NCBI RefSeq assembly: GCF_006345805.1 | Contig: NC_043003.1 | Span: 21,824,001 to 21,888,000 of the forward strand | Direction: 5' to 3' | From: Octopus sinensis | Taxonomy: Eukaryota | Length of the DNA: 64,000 nucleotides | In this document: in pieces, positions 38,843-50,950 of the stretch | How the letters are laid out: every line of letters begins with the position of its first letter | Numbering within the stretch: position 1 is the stretch's first letter | Made by a program: the position numbers and the translations under genes | Notes under the pieces: generated by a model | Told to the model about the DNA's origin: nothing | What the model saw: the letters and a program-made list of their open reading frames with translations, nothing else | Database searches by the model: none

Positions 38843-40851
38843 TTAATGCAGTAAACTGTACCTCCAGATAGTGTCTATAGGGGGATTAGTAAAAATTGCC
38901 TTTGCTATATTGGCGAGTGTTTGATCTTTTGACAAGCTGCTACCCTTAGAAACAAACTAGCATACCTGTGACTCCCATGCAACATTTTATTCCTTTTTAC
39001 TCATTTTTCTTTCCATAATATTTAATATTTAATTTGTACTAATAAATTGAAAAAAACATAAGACAATTTCTGAAGCAAAATCGGTTTTGTCTTTTTAATT
39101 GCTGAATCATCTCTTGGCTTAGATACCAGTTACTTATAAATTAGATGAAAAAAAAAACCATAGTCATTCACTTGCTAATTAAGGTACCCATTAATCATAA
39201 TCACTGATGACCTTCCTACCGTTCACCTCATAGAACCTCCAGGATGTGACAGCTGGAGGGAGGGGGAAATAAATTGTCTTGTTCATAACATTTTTCTTTT
39301 TCCACAATATCATTTGTCCTTGAGCAGGATGTTACCCATAAAGCAGGATTCTTACTGCTTTATAGTCTGGTACAATTTTAGCTTGAGGCTAGCTTTACTC
39401 AGCTCACTTGCTCAGCTACCATACAACATATAAATAGTAATGCATTATAGATTTACCCCAGTTTAACTGTCATGAAGTTTACAAGTTCTCTTAAATTTGA
39501 ATGTTAAGATGAAAATCTTGATGTTCTGAGAAACACCTTAAGTGACAAAAAATTTTTCTCTGTCCAAAAGTACAACTTTTGAAACTCATCTTGCCATGGC
39601 CACTGTGGTATACAAACTTAAATAAATTTACAAATTACAATAAATCAATTTTGTTATGCAGAGCATATTTTCCTCAGAATCTGGTTTTTATTTGTGATAT
39701 CCTGATCTTATTCATACAGGCGTTACTGTGCTTTTTGTTTGTTTATTTATTTTTGCCCTTTGCTACATTCCCTGGAATCTAGGCATCATATGATACAACC
39801 CCCTCCTTTTTTTTTCTTTTTTTTTTCTAAAAGAATAACTTGGGATTTATGAAACAAGGGCTTATATTACTCAGTACATGTGAAACAAGGGCTAACTTAG
39901 TCTGAAAACAACCATGGACATTTGGAATAAACTTACTAAACTACTTTTGACAGACAAAAGGTTAATTGAAGCAAAGATGCTATTCTGCTTTCTGTGTTAT
40001 CATCTTCAATCGGCAAATTTGTATTTTATGTTTACATAATAAATTTTATAACGAGCTTATTTCATTTTGCCTGTCACCGTCTCTTTCTCTCTCTCTCTCT
40101 CTCACTGCAATTGTCTTCCTCCTAAACAATCTGTAACTGATAAGTTAACACAATTTGTTCATTTGATAACAATTATATATTGTGTTATCACATAATTTTC
40201 ATTAGCCTGACATCGTTTTATTATTGAATAATGGAAGTATATAGTGAGCATAAAAGTTCTGTTGGTAAGTTCTTTTGCTTCTCAGTTTGGAATCTACTCT
40301 AGCTCGTGTTACTAATGTCACAGGAAAAGATCTAATCTGCATGTTAGAAAGTCCTATTTACTCTTGTAAACTGTTTGAAGAAGTGCGAGTACTGATAGGG
40401 TGTATGGCTGTGTGTATTGTATTTCCTGTTTTCTTTTGATTATTGCCTGTTTATAAGCCACAACCAGAGCCTAAACAACTGTCAAAATTTGATTCTTATT
40501 TTGCTGATGACTTGGAGAAATATAGTAACATTCTAACCCCCTACTCTCCCTCTTTTTTTTTATATACCAGTGTAGCTCTGTATTGAAGAACTAAGACTCC
40601 AGTCTCAATTGGTCCAATAAGGGCAGTAGAAATGATAGTACTGAAGATAGAAACCTCCTAGTATCCTGTTCTCCCTTTAATATACAAATGTAGCTCTGCT
40701 AAAGAAGTAATATCTCCATCACAATTGGTCTAACTAAGGCAGTGGAGCAGTAGAAATGGTATTGCTGAACTAAGCACTTTTAGTTTCACTTTTAGATTTA
40801 TTTACTGCTTTTGGCCATTAAACGATGGCAATCCCAAGTCCCCACCTTTAA

Positions 40852-41292
40852 CTATTTAGAATTCAGATTACTCTATCAAATGTAATGTTTATTTAATCAC
40901 TGTTTTCAATTAATCATGCATTATCTTGTAGCTTTGAGATTTCGATGATGTGATTGCTTATTTTTAGATTGACATTGCAGAATAGGCATGATAGGCTGGA
41001 TATGGCTAGTTTGAACATAAAGCAGGTAGGATATCTGGGCCGGATGTCACCAGTTTGAATGCTAATGGGTTAACCCTTTCGTTACTAACCTGGCCAAAAC
41101 TGGCTCTGGCTCTAGTACAAATGTCTTGTTTTCGTAAGTTTTGCATCAAAATATACCACCAAACTTTAGTTGCAATTTATATTCCTAACACTAGCTTAAT
41201 GATAACTAAGTTATTTTACTAAATTCTTTGTTATATTTAAAATAACTGAAAGAAACACAGAGCATCTGAAAATAAATACAGTAACGAAAGGG
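40852..41292. mobile_element. Two different piggyBac-type MITEs in tandem sharing one TTAA (41070-41073)
   Basis: Junction reads gctaatggg|TTAA|ccctttcgttac. Confidence 0.85.
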
Positions 41293-42307
41293 TTAAGGGG
41301 TTTTAGTTTATTATATCCACTAACTTCCAGTACTTATTCCATCCTGATATTAACTCTATCAAATGACTAAATTACATTTTGATGCAATGAAACACAGCTT
41401 GATGCTCTATTTTATGACAGTAAAATAAGTACCAATCACTAATGTCAAATCAATCTCCCTCCTCCTCCATGGATAAAGATCTTGTCAACATAACATATTA
41501 AATAGTGCACTGAGTTGTTTGACCCAGGTCAGATATTATCAAGTAGACCTATGATCCAAACAATTTACTCATGACCATCTTATATAAGATAATGTAGATA
41601 AATTATCTGAAAAAGTCTTTTTAGCATAGTTGGGCTGAAGAGAAATTTAGCTATTTCTAGTAGGTTGAGTGAACGTACAAGTTTTTTTCATTGACTCACA
41701 TATTACAGTTAGTAGATAAGATATAAAAGCTCTGTTGCAAGTATCATATTGTCAGCTTAGTCAAGAGACTTTACTCTATTTGCTTTGTAATTTGCATTCA
41801 TTTATGCAGTATGTGATTTGTGAATTTGTGTTACTAAGCTATAAAGGAAGCTTGCTTTTGAATTTTTATAGGAACTTATTAAATTCACTTGCAAAAATCC
41901 TTTAAGAATGCCTATTTATCACAATTTCTTGTGTCCTTTCCTCAATGAAAAATTTTAAAAGATCGACCTTGTTATTAACTTAAGATTTTGGTTATTTCCT
42001 GCTTGGGTACCATTGAACTTAGAGCTCTAACCCCTTCATTACTATATTCCTAATTGAAATAGAATACCCTCATTTCATTTAGGTAATTGCAATTAATTAT
42101 GAAAATGGCAAAGAATTTAATAAGATAACTTTAACAGATTGGTATTTGTAACATTTAATCAAAATGAACTTTTGATAAGTTTTAATCTATATTGCTTTAG
42201 CCCTTTAGCATTTAATCTAGCCTAAATATTTTACCAATTCTATGTTCAAACTGGCTGTATCTGGCCTCTCACATCTACCTTACAATTTCATTCTAAAAAT
42301 AAACAAT

Positions 42308-42650
42308 TGAGACCCAACACTCAAAAGGAACTCAGCCACCTTGCCTCTGTTAGGTCCAACACTCAAAAGGAACTCAAGCCACTTTGCCTTCATGTGGCCC
42401 AGAAGCTCAATCACTTTACCACCATGAGGCTCAATGCTCAAAAGGGACTCAGCCACCTCATCTTCATGAGGCCTGCTTGAAAGGAACCCAGCCACTTTAC
42501 CTCCGTGAGGCCCATCACTTGAAAGTAACTTGGCCTCTTTGCCTCCATAAGGCCCAATGCTTGGAAGGAACTCTCTTTACTTCCATCAGGCCCAACACTC
42601 AAAAGGTACTCAGCCATTTTGCCTCCCTGAGGCCCAACATTCAAAGGTTG
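42308..42650. repeat. Minisatellite, about 42-bp unit, about 8 degenerate copies
   Basis: Unit approximately gaggcccaacactcaaaaggaactcagccactttgcctccnt. Confidence 0.9.
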
Positions 42651-44039
42651 ATTTTTTTTTTTATCTTTGTTCCACCAGCATGGGTGCACTTAGCTTGATG
42701 GGCTTTCTTAAGTAGAGCATATCGCCAAGGGTCTCGGTCACTAATCATTGCCTCTGTGAGGTTCAAAGTTTGAAGGTCATACTTTACTACTTCATCTCAT
42801 GTCTTCCTGGGTCTACCTGTGTTTTCTACTATAGCCTCAGATCAACCAAAGCCTTTTGAATGGATTTGGTAGATGGAAACTGATGTGTGTGTGTCTGTCT
42901 GTGTGTCTGTCTGTGTGTCTGTCTGTGTGTCTGTCTGTGTGTCTGTCTGTGTCAACCACCAATTGACAACCAGTGTTGTGTTTGTGCCCCTGCAACTTAG
43001 TGGTTCACCAAAAGAGGCCAATAGAATTAGTACCAGGATTAAAAAAAAGTACTGGGGTTGGTTCATTTATTCAACTAAAAATTCAAGGTGGTGCCCCAGC
43101 ATGGCCGACTGAAGTAAGTAAAAAATAAAATAAAAAGATGTAACTGAGTTGACCCACCAATGAAGCCTGTGTGTGTGTGTGTGTGTGTGTGTGTCACTCA
43201 GCCTGCTGAAGAAAAAAAACCCAAACCTTGCTCAGATTACACTTTACTGTCTTCAAAAGGAAGAGACTATCGTATTCAATGCGTCACTCAGATGTGTTGG
43301 TTGGTTTCGTTGGAATGCTTTTTGATCATAAGGTTTACTTAGTCAACCTTGACATGGAGCTGAACAAAAACAAAAGTATGAGATTGTGTATTTGTGTAAT
43401 AACCTGTAAGGGAAGAGGAATCTTTTTGTTTCTTTTTTTATCAGATTCATCAAAACTGGCAGGCTGTAAAATTTAATTCTTTCGGTATAATTTTTTTATA
43501 ATGTAAAAACCCAATGAACTTACTTGTGATACTTTTGTTACATTGTGAAACATTTTCGATGTGGCATTAATTTCATGCATAACTTCTTGTGTGTACATCC
43601 ACTACTTCAGTTTCTTTTCAGTTTAAAAGTGAAGGTTTATCTGTCCCCGATAGTAGTTGAACTGTGATACTCCTAGTTTTATTGAACCTTGCAGTTATTG
43701 TTGAAAACCGGTGAAGTTATTTGAAATCTTCTTTTATACGAGAAGGCCTTATGAGGTTTCAATTCCTAGACCAGGTGGTACATTGTATTCTTGTGTAAAA
43801 CATCTTACTTTCTATTGCCCCAATCAACTTGGCTGTAATGAATAGTCTGGGTACTGGTGCAGCTCTTTCTGTCTGTCTGTCTTTCTCCCCTACACGTGTG
43901 TGTGTCTCTCACACACACACATTCTGGATGTTTTGATGGTCTAAAAGTGAGAGGACCAGTAAGGTATCTATATCTCCGCGTAACTATTTAGGTATCAAAA
44001 AGAAAACAAAAATTCATGAAAACCTGGAAACAATACTCT

Positions 44040-44452
44040 CTTTACTCTTTTACTTGTTTCAGTCATTTGACTATGGCCATGCTGGAGCACCGCCTTTAGT
44101 CGAGCAAATTGACCCCAGGACTTATTCTTTGTAAGCCTAGTACTTATTCTATCGGTCTCTTTTTGCTGAACTGCTAAGTTACGGAGACGTAAACACACTG
44201 GCATCGGTTGTCAAGCAATGTTGGAGGGGACAAACACAGATACACAAACATATACATATATATATATATATATGTATATGTATGTACGTACATACGATTG
44301 GCTTCTTTCAGTTTCCGTCTACCAAATCCACTCACAAGGCTTTGGTCAACCCGAGGCTATAGTAGAAGACACTTGCCCAAGGTGCCACGCAGTGGGACTG
44401 AACCCAGAACCATGTGGTTGGTAAGCAAGCTTATTACCACACAGCCACTCCT
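44040..44452 (-). mobile_element. SINE family B, uninterrupted full-length copy
   Basis: Head, core, internal microsatellite and tail are all collinear with 3227-4573 minus the foldback. Confidence 0.9.
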
Positions 44453-45236
44453 ACCAAGCCATACTGACTTGCTAGTGATGGCTACAGAGTTCTATTATTT
44501 ATGCAAGTTAGAATGTTACCAACTCCAAAGAGCAACCAAAAGTAATCACAGAAAGTGAGCTACTAATTAAGGGTTTCACAATACTCCCTGGATTTATCAA
44601 ATTCAAGTGGAAAAGCAATGAACTCTAAATATGTTTTTTATTTTACTTGTTTCAGTCATTAGATTGTGGCCATGATGGGGCACTGCCTTGAAGAATTTTG
44701 GTCAAACAAATCAACTCCAGTATCTTTTTTAGTCTGGTACCTATACTACTGGTCTATTTTGCTGAACAAGTACAAACAGAAAGGCACATCCTCACACACA
44801 TGATATGCTTGTTTCAGTCTAGCAAATCCACTCTCAAGGCTTTGGTCACCCTGAGGCGATAGAAGACACTTGCCCAAGGTGTCATGCCATGGGACTGAAC
44901 TCAGAACCATGTGGCTGGAAAGTAAACATTTTACCACACATGCACCTATGTAACTTTCTTCAGCAAAGATAATTTGAATTTAAACAAGAATTAAATTTGT
45001 GAATTTTGAGTGGCCGGCATGGCTGTGTGGTTAAAAAACTTGTTTTGCAACCATGTGGTTTCAGGTTCAGTCTACTGCATGGCACCTTGGGCAGGTGTCT
45101 TCTATTATAGCCTCAGGCCAACCAATACCTTGTGAGTGAATTTGTGGAATGTAAAATGTGTTGAAGCCCAACTGTATGTCAAACCATCAGAATCATGCCA
45201 GCGTGGAAAAAGGAAATTAAATGTGATAATGATGTA

Positions 45237-45704
45237 CAGCGGGGGGTGCTGAAAAGTTCCTGGCTTTAAGAGTATCATGAAAGGCCTTGTTGGAGGCCGA
45301 ACCTTCCAAGTGCTTTCACAGGGCTTAGAAAAACTGAAGGCTTGCTGCAATAAGTGTGTGAATCCGAGAGGGGGAATATGTTGAATAAGATCATAATTAA
45401 CTGATCCTCCTTTACACTATTCACATTATTTACATTTGATGAATGTTTGTCCTCATCTTGTTTGTTGCTAACACAACGTTTCTGCTGATATACTCTTCAA
45501 ACTTCTTCAGGTGTCTTGGGAAAATTTTGAACCTGGTTCTCATTCCTAAGGTATTTTTCGATGTTATTATTATTGTTGTTATTGTTCAGGTCACTGCTTG
45601 GAATTGAACTCGGAACCTTAGGTTTTGTAGCCCGTGCTCTTAACCCATATGCCATGGGCATATTTTCTTTTACTCAAAGCCAGGATATTTTCAGCACCCC
45701 TTCA
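45237..45704 (+). mobile_element. mariner internal-deletion derivative interrupted by a SINE
   Basis: TA flanks. TIRs ggggtgctgaaaagttcctggcttt and aaagccaggatattttcagcacccc. Retains a mariner C-terminus GLEKLKACCNKCVNPRG/EYVE*. Confidence 0.85.
45412..45656 (-). mobile_element. tRNA-headed SINE-like insert with Penelope-type, hammerhead-like tail
   Basis: Minus strand begins tggcatatgggttaagagcacggg...gagttcaattcc (A/B boxes), then an (AAT/AAC)n linker, then gacac-CTGAAGA...GAAACGTT-gtgtt. Confidence 0.6.
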
Positions 45705-45928
45705 TATATGTATGCATGTCTTTGTCCCCCAACTACCACTGGAGAACTGGTGTTGGTTTGTTTACATCCCCATGACTTAGTGTTCCAACAAAAGGAATAG
45801 AATGGATAAGTGCCAGACTAAGAAAAATAGTATTGGGGTTGATTTGTTTAACTAAATCCTTCACGGTGATACTCCAGCATACCTGCAATCCACTGATTAA
45901 AACAAACGAAAAAACATTTTACATAAAA

Positions 45929-46309
45929 CTAGCAGTATCACCTGGCGTTGTTCAGGTTTGTTTCGACCCTTTAGAATTGGAATTTTTGAAAAGTAAAAAT
46001 TTTGCATTATGTAGCTTGTTATTCTCTTTAAGTGGTTGAAATACAACGAAAAATGGCGACACAGCAGTCAAAAAATCGTAAAAAATAGGGATTTTCATAG
46101 AAAAAAAAGCACCTTTTTGATGTAAATAATTTTTGGTGTTAATATGGTCCGATTTGAATTTTTTCTTCTACGGAAGGAAGAGCAAGCCTTCTTCTATCAT
46201 ACTCTCAATTTTGGTCAACTTGCGCTGCAGGGTTTCGGAGGAGATAGTGTTAGTTGAAGGCTACCAAACCTGCCATACACAGACAACTTCAGCTTCATAT
46301 ATATATAGA
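45929..46309 (-). mobile_element. Non-autonomous Helitron (same ends, different body)
   Basis: Ends ctagcagtatcacctggcgttgttcaggtttg and atatatataga, as in the 19496 copy. Confidence 0.75.
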
Positions 46310-47844
46310 GACATACGAGCAGCTTATTGTATACAGTGGTTCAGGTTCACTACAATATTGGTGAAAATGTATCCAAGTTTTTGTATGGATATCTATGGTT
46401 TTATATTGCATCATTTTTGGTTGTTTCTTGTATTTTTTTTATTAGTTCTATTTACCTTTAGTTAAACAAATAAGTGTTTCTGCAGATGGTTTACTTATCT
46501 TCCTTCGATAAGCAACATTCGTAACTGTTTTACCCCCTACCTTACATGAGAGTGTTTCCGAAATCACTGCTGGGAGGAAGGGCTATGTAATAAAACAATA
46601 AAGAAATAACCTGTTGGATTTCTAATCAGACAGTCTCCAGTTCCACATGGTCTGCAGACATCATGTTGTACTCTTTTTATGCAAGAGCTTGTAAACCACA
46701 TGATTCAATATGGCACTCCCACTGAGCAGCTAGCAAAAGCAGACACATCCAGCTGTAAAAATATTCACGTTTACCAAAAATCTTCATTATTATTGTTATT
46801 ATTATTATAACTAGCATTGAAATATATAAAACAGTTTACTACTACTTAAAAAGGGAGGAAATTATTGCAATGTTGGCATTCTTTAAATTTCGGTAAATGA
46901 ATGTATTGCTTCGTTGGCCTTTCTCGAATACTTAAATGGGTTTTGGCTGCTGTTTCCTGTAGCCAGCTGCTGCTGCTGTTCACCAGGGTTGAGTTGAACA
47001 ACAATGAGATGTACAAGCTCTTGTATAAAAGCACATGATGGAAGTAGACTGTATGGAAAATGATTGTTCAGCTTCATTTTTTTAACGGGCTTTTTTGGGA
47101 CTGTATAATCCATTATACCCACCTTTCAAGTGTAAGGTGTGGTTTGAGGGTGGTTTCCGTTGCTATTTCTTGAAATTTGGATGATCATGTAAAAGCTCCT
47201 TTATTAGCTCAATATATTTTGAGTTGGCAAAAGACTGCAGCGCCAATAACTTTTTAAGTGTTTGGTTCTGTCTGTTGCAGAATTTGAGTTAAAAATGAAA
47301 TTTATTTACAGGCATAGTTGTGTGGTTAAGAAGTTTGCTTCCCAACCACATGATTCCAAGTTCAATCCTATTGCATGACACCTTGGGCAAGTGTCTTTTG
47401 TAACCCCAGACCAACCAATGTCTTGCGAGAGTGAATTTGGCAGACAAACACTGTGCGTATGTGTGCACATGCACAAGTGTATGTTTGTGTTTGCCCCACC
47501 CTCACTGCTTGACAACTTGTGTTGGTTTGTTTACATCCCTAACCTTGTGCTTCAGCAAAAGACACCAATACAATGAGTATCACTTAAAATAGGTACTGGG
47601 GGTCCACTTTGTATGATTAAATCTACAAGGTGGTGCTCTAACTTGGGGGCGGTCCAATGAGTAAAACATGTAAGAGTAATAGTCATGGCAAATGTCATGT
47701 TTAAATTTAAAATCAGATAAGACAAATGTAGTATCACTTTTGACCTTGTTCCATAGTTTAATTTACTGTTTGACGAGAAAAATGTATATTTTTCATTAAA
47801 TTTTCTGCATAATTTTAAATCCATTCTTATCAGTACCTCATTAT

Positions 47845-48300
47845 CATCATTGTTTAACATCTGCTTTCCATGCTGGCATGGGTTGGGCGGTTTGACTGGG
47901 GACTGGTGAGCCAGATGGCTGCATCAGGCTCCATCTGATCTGGCAGAGTTTCTAGTGTTTGATGCCATTCCTAACACCAACCACTCCAAGAGTGTAGTGG
48001 GTGCATTTCCATGCCACCGGCATGAGGGCCAGTCAGGCGGTACTGGCAATGGCCATGCTCAAATGGTGTTTTTACATGTCACCTGCACAGGAGCCAGTCC
48101 AGAGGTACTGGCAACACCCTTGCTCGAATGTTGTTTTTCATGTACCACTGGCACAAGTGCCAGTAATGCGACACTGGTAACGGTCATGCTCGAATGGTGC
48201 TTTTTACGTGCCACCAGCACGGGGGCCAGTGAGTGGCCCTGGCAATGATCACGCTCAGATGGTGCTCTTAGCGCTCCACTAGCACGGGTGCCAGTCATGT
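47845..48300 (-). mobile_element. RTE-tailed retroelement family D
   Basis: Collinear with 1596-2062, with many CG to TG/CA changes. Confidence 0.85.
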
Positions 48301-48845
48301 AGTGCTGTCATTGAATTTGATACCTATCTTTTTAAAATTAAACCATGTCTTTCTGAATCTAATGAGGTAAGCCTCTACAGGAGTAATTTGAGTTGTTAGA
48401 AATAGCAGTTAAATTATCAAGTCACACCCTACCATTTAAAAGAAAATGGAAGGAGATATTTGTTTACACTGAAGTTGAAAAAAGATGGGATGATCATGAC
48501 TGGAATGCCTGTAATTATAGGTCTTCTTGATGAGGGTTAATTTGTAGGCTTAATAGTAAGTAATTATCTGTATATTCTTTTTGACTGACCTGATAATTGA
48601 ACATCCATCATACAGGATGGTCCTAGAAGCTTGACTGCTGCTACCCAAACAGCTAGAAATGGCAACCAATCTCTCTTATAACATACTATCTTAAAAAGGA
48701 AGGGACACATTGGTCAAATCTTAGATATGAAATGTTTGAGAGAGTACCATGGTGAATCCTTTGGACAAAAGTCAAATTGACTACAGAAGATGTTCTTTTT
48801 GTTATCAACTTCAGTGTACTTGAGCACTGTATACAATTTCATTAT

Positions 48846-49912
48846 TTTTACCCTGCATGTGTAATCGAAAGCAGGGTATTGTAATCACTTGTTTTTGTCT
48901 GTGTGTTTGCAAAATTACTGGAAAACGGCTGAATGGATTTTCACATTTTGCAGAAATACTCATTGGGTGAGTGGCTTGAAATGAACATTTGGTTTGATTA
49001 TCTTTGAAAAAAAAATCGAACTTACAAATTTCCCGATAAGCAAGTGGACATGTTATTTTGTTCACTTTCTTTTTCATATGAATCTACCCTTGTCTGCGTG
49101 TGTATAGATCATGGTGTATCTATGTGTGTAAATACATACAGAAATACATAGATATGCAACTCTGTGTGTACAGTGATAGATTCAAGGGTTTCATTTATTT
49201 ATGAGTTGATTTCTTAATTTCTCTGGAGCATAAATACCTATAATGGTGATACTTAAAAGAAAGAATAAACAAAAATCGAACTTAAAAATTTCCTGATAAG
49301 CAAGTAGTCATATTTTTTCACTTTTTCTGCATGTCTATAGATCATAGTAGACATGTACATACATACATACATACGTGACTGTGTGTACAGTGACGAATTC
49401 AAGGGTTTCGTCTATTTACGAGTTGATTTAACTTCAATGGAGTATAAATACCTATAATGGTGATACTTAATTTATGACTTGCTTTCTTAGTTTCACCGGA
49501 ATATAACTACTTATGATAGTGATACTTAAAATAAATAAATATTGAACTTACAAATTTCCCGATAAGCAAGTGGTCATATTTTGTTCACTTTTTCATATAA
49601 ATTGACCCTCATCTGCATGTGTATAGATCATGGTGTACCCATATGCATAGACACATATGCATGCATGCATGCATGCATGCATGCATGCATACATAGATAT
49701 GTGACTGTGTGTGTACAGTAATGGAAATGAGGGTTTCATTCATTTATTTACTAATTGATTTCTAAATATCACTGGAGCATAAATGGTGATATTTAAAAAT
49801 AAAATAAAAATTCAGTTCAATTAAAAAGAATGGGTAAGTGACACATTGTAAGCCACACTAAAATTTACAAAAAACTTTATCTGTGTGCAGGGTATACATT
49901 GCCCCCTCTTTT
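48846..49912 (+). mobile_element. Helentron/DINE-1-like (HINE) non-autonomous element with central tandem repeats
   Basis: taccctgca (48849) has a nearby partial inverse gcagggta (48871) and a distal inverse tgcagggta (49886). A gtctgtgtgt microsatellite-like core follows. Three about 260-bp units start near 49015, 49275 and 49541. Flanks are T-rich. Confidence 0.7.
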
Positions 49913-50539
49913 TTTATTTATTATAAAGATATGGTTTTATTTCTGAAGGCCAGCTATGAGCCAATATTTAAAATAGTTTATAAGATTTTAGTACAATTCA
50001 TGTTAGACTTTGTTTCACAGTTTAGTGTTACTGTTCAATGAGACAAACTGATACTGATTTTTTTTTTAACCATTTTGTTACCAACCCAGCTGAAACCAGC
50101 TCTGGCTCTGAGTACAAATGTCTTGTTTTCATAAGTTTTGAATTAAAATCTTCCACCAAACCTTAATCACAATTTATGTTCCTAACACTAGCTGAATGAT
50201 AACTAAGTTATTTTACTTAATTCATTGTTATATTTAAAGTAATTGAAAGAAACACAGAGCATCTCAAAATGAATACAGTAACGAAAGGGTTAAATGTGAT
50301 TTTAACCATTAAGTATTCAGATTGCTTGGTTAACCATAATACATAATTTTCACTTGTTTTGAGTTAATCTTGCTTTATCTCATAGCTTTGAGATTTCAAT
50401 GATGCTATTGTTTATCTTTAAAATAAGTGTGAGAGGCTAGATCCTGCCAGTAGTAACCTAGAACAGGTAGAATATTTTGGCCAGATATGGCTAGTTTAAA
50501 TGTTAAAGGGTTAATAAACATTACATATTTTTGCTTATT

Positions 50540-50950
50540 TTTAAACTTGCTTGGTCTGCAGGAAGAGGTAGTGTCCTCTTTGACCAGTAAGATTGGTGCC
50601 ATAAATGGTACTCTTGAACATTTGGGCCCTTTGGAACACCTGTGGGGTCCCAGAGGGCCAATGTCCTGGGAAGGAAGAAATAGGTGTAGTGATTAGTGTA
50701 GGACTTGGGGTGGAACATGGACATAAGGAGGAAAATGGGAGGTGGACAGGAATGCTTGAGTGACAGGTGCCCAACCAGCTCCAGGGAGCAGAGCATATTA
50801 TAGTACTGGTAGAAAATGTTGAGAGAAGTGATAGCACGTCTAGGAAAGATCCTGGGCCATGTCTTTGAATAAGTTATGTCAAATTGATATCCTAGGCTAT
50901 CCAACTATGTCCCAGGCCTGAGAGCAACACTTCATTTTAGGCCTCAGCTG
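50540..50950 (-). pseudogene. CR1-like LINE ORF2 C-terminal relic
   Basis: RRAITSLNIFYQYYNMLCSLEL...HYTYFFLPRTLALWD resembles the RRxxxxLxxFYxxx...SFFPRTxxLWN terminus of CR1/L2-group LINEs. Confidence 0.65.

Noticed and set aside
42280-42698. Repetitive ORFs on both strands
   Set aside because: They result from a minisatellite whose unit length is near a multiple of three, and there is no splice or homology support.
43195-43480. PAEEKKPKPC resembling a COX17 N-terminus or a processed pseudogene
   Set aside because: The similarity does not extend, and there is no twin CX9C pattern in any frame I read.
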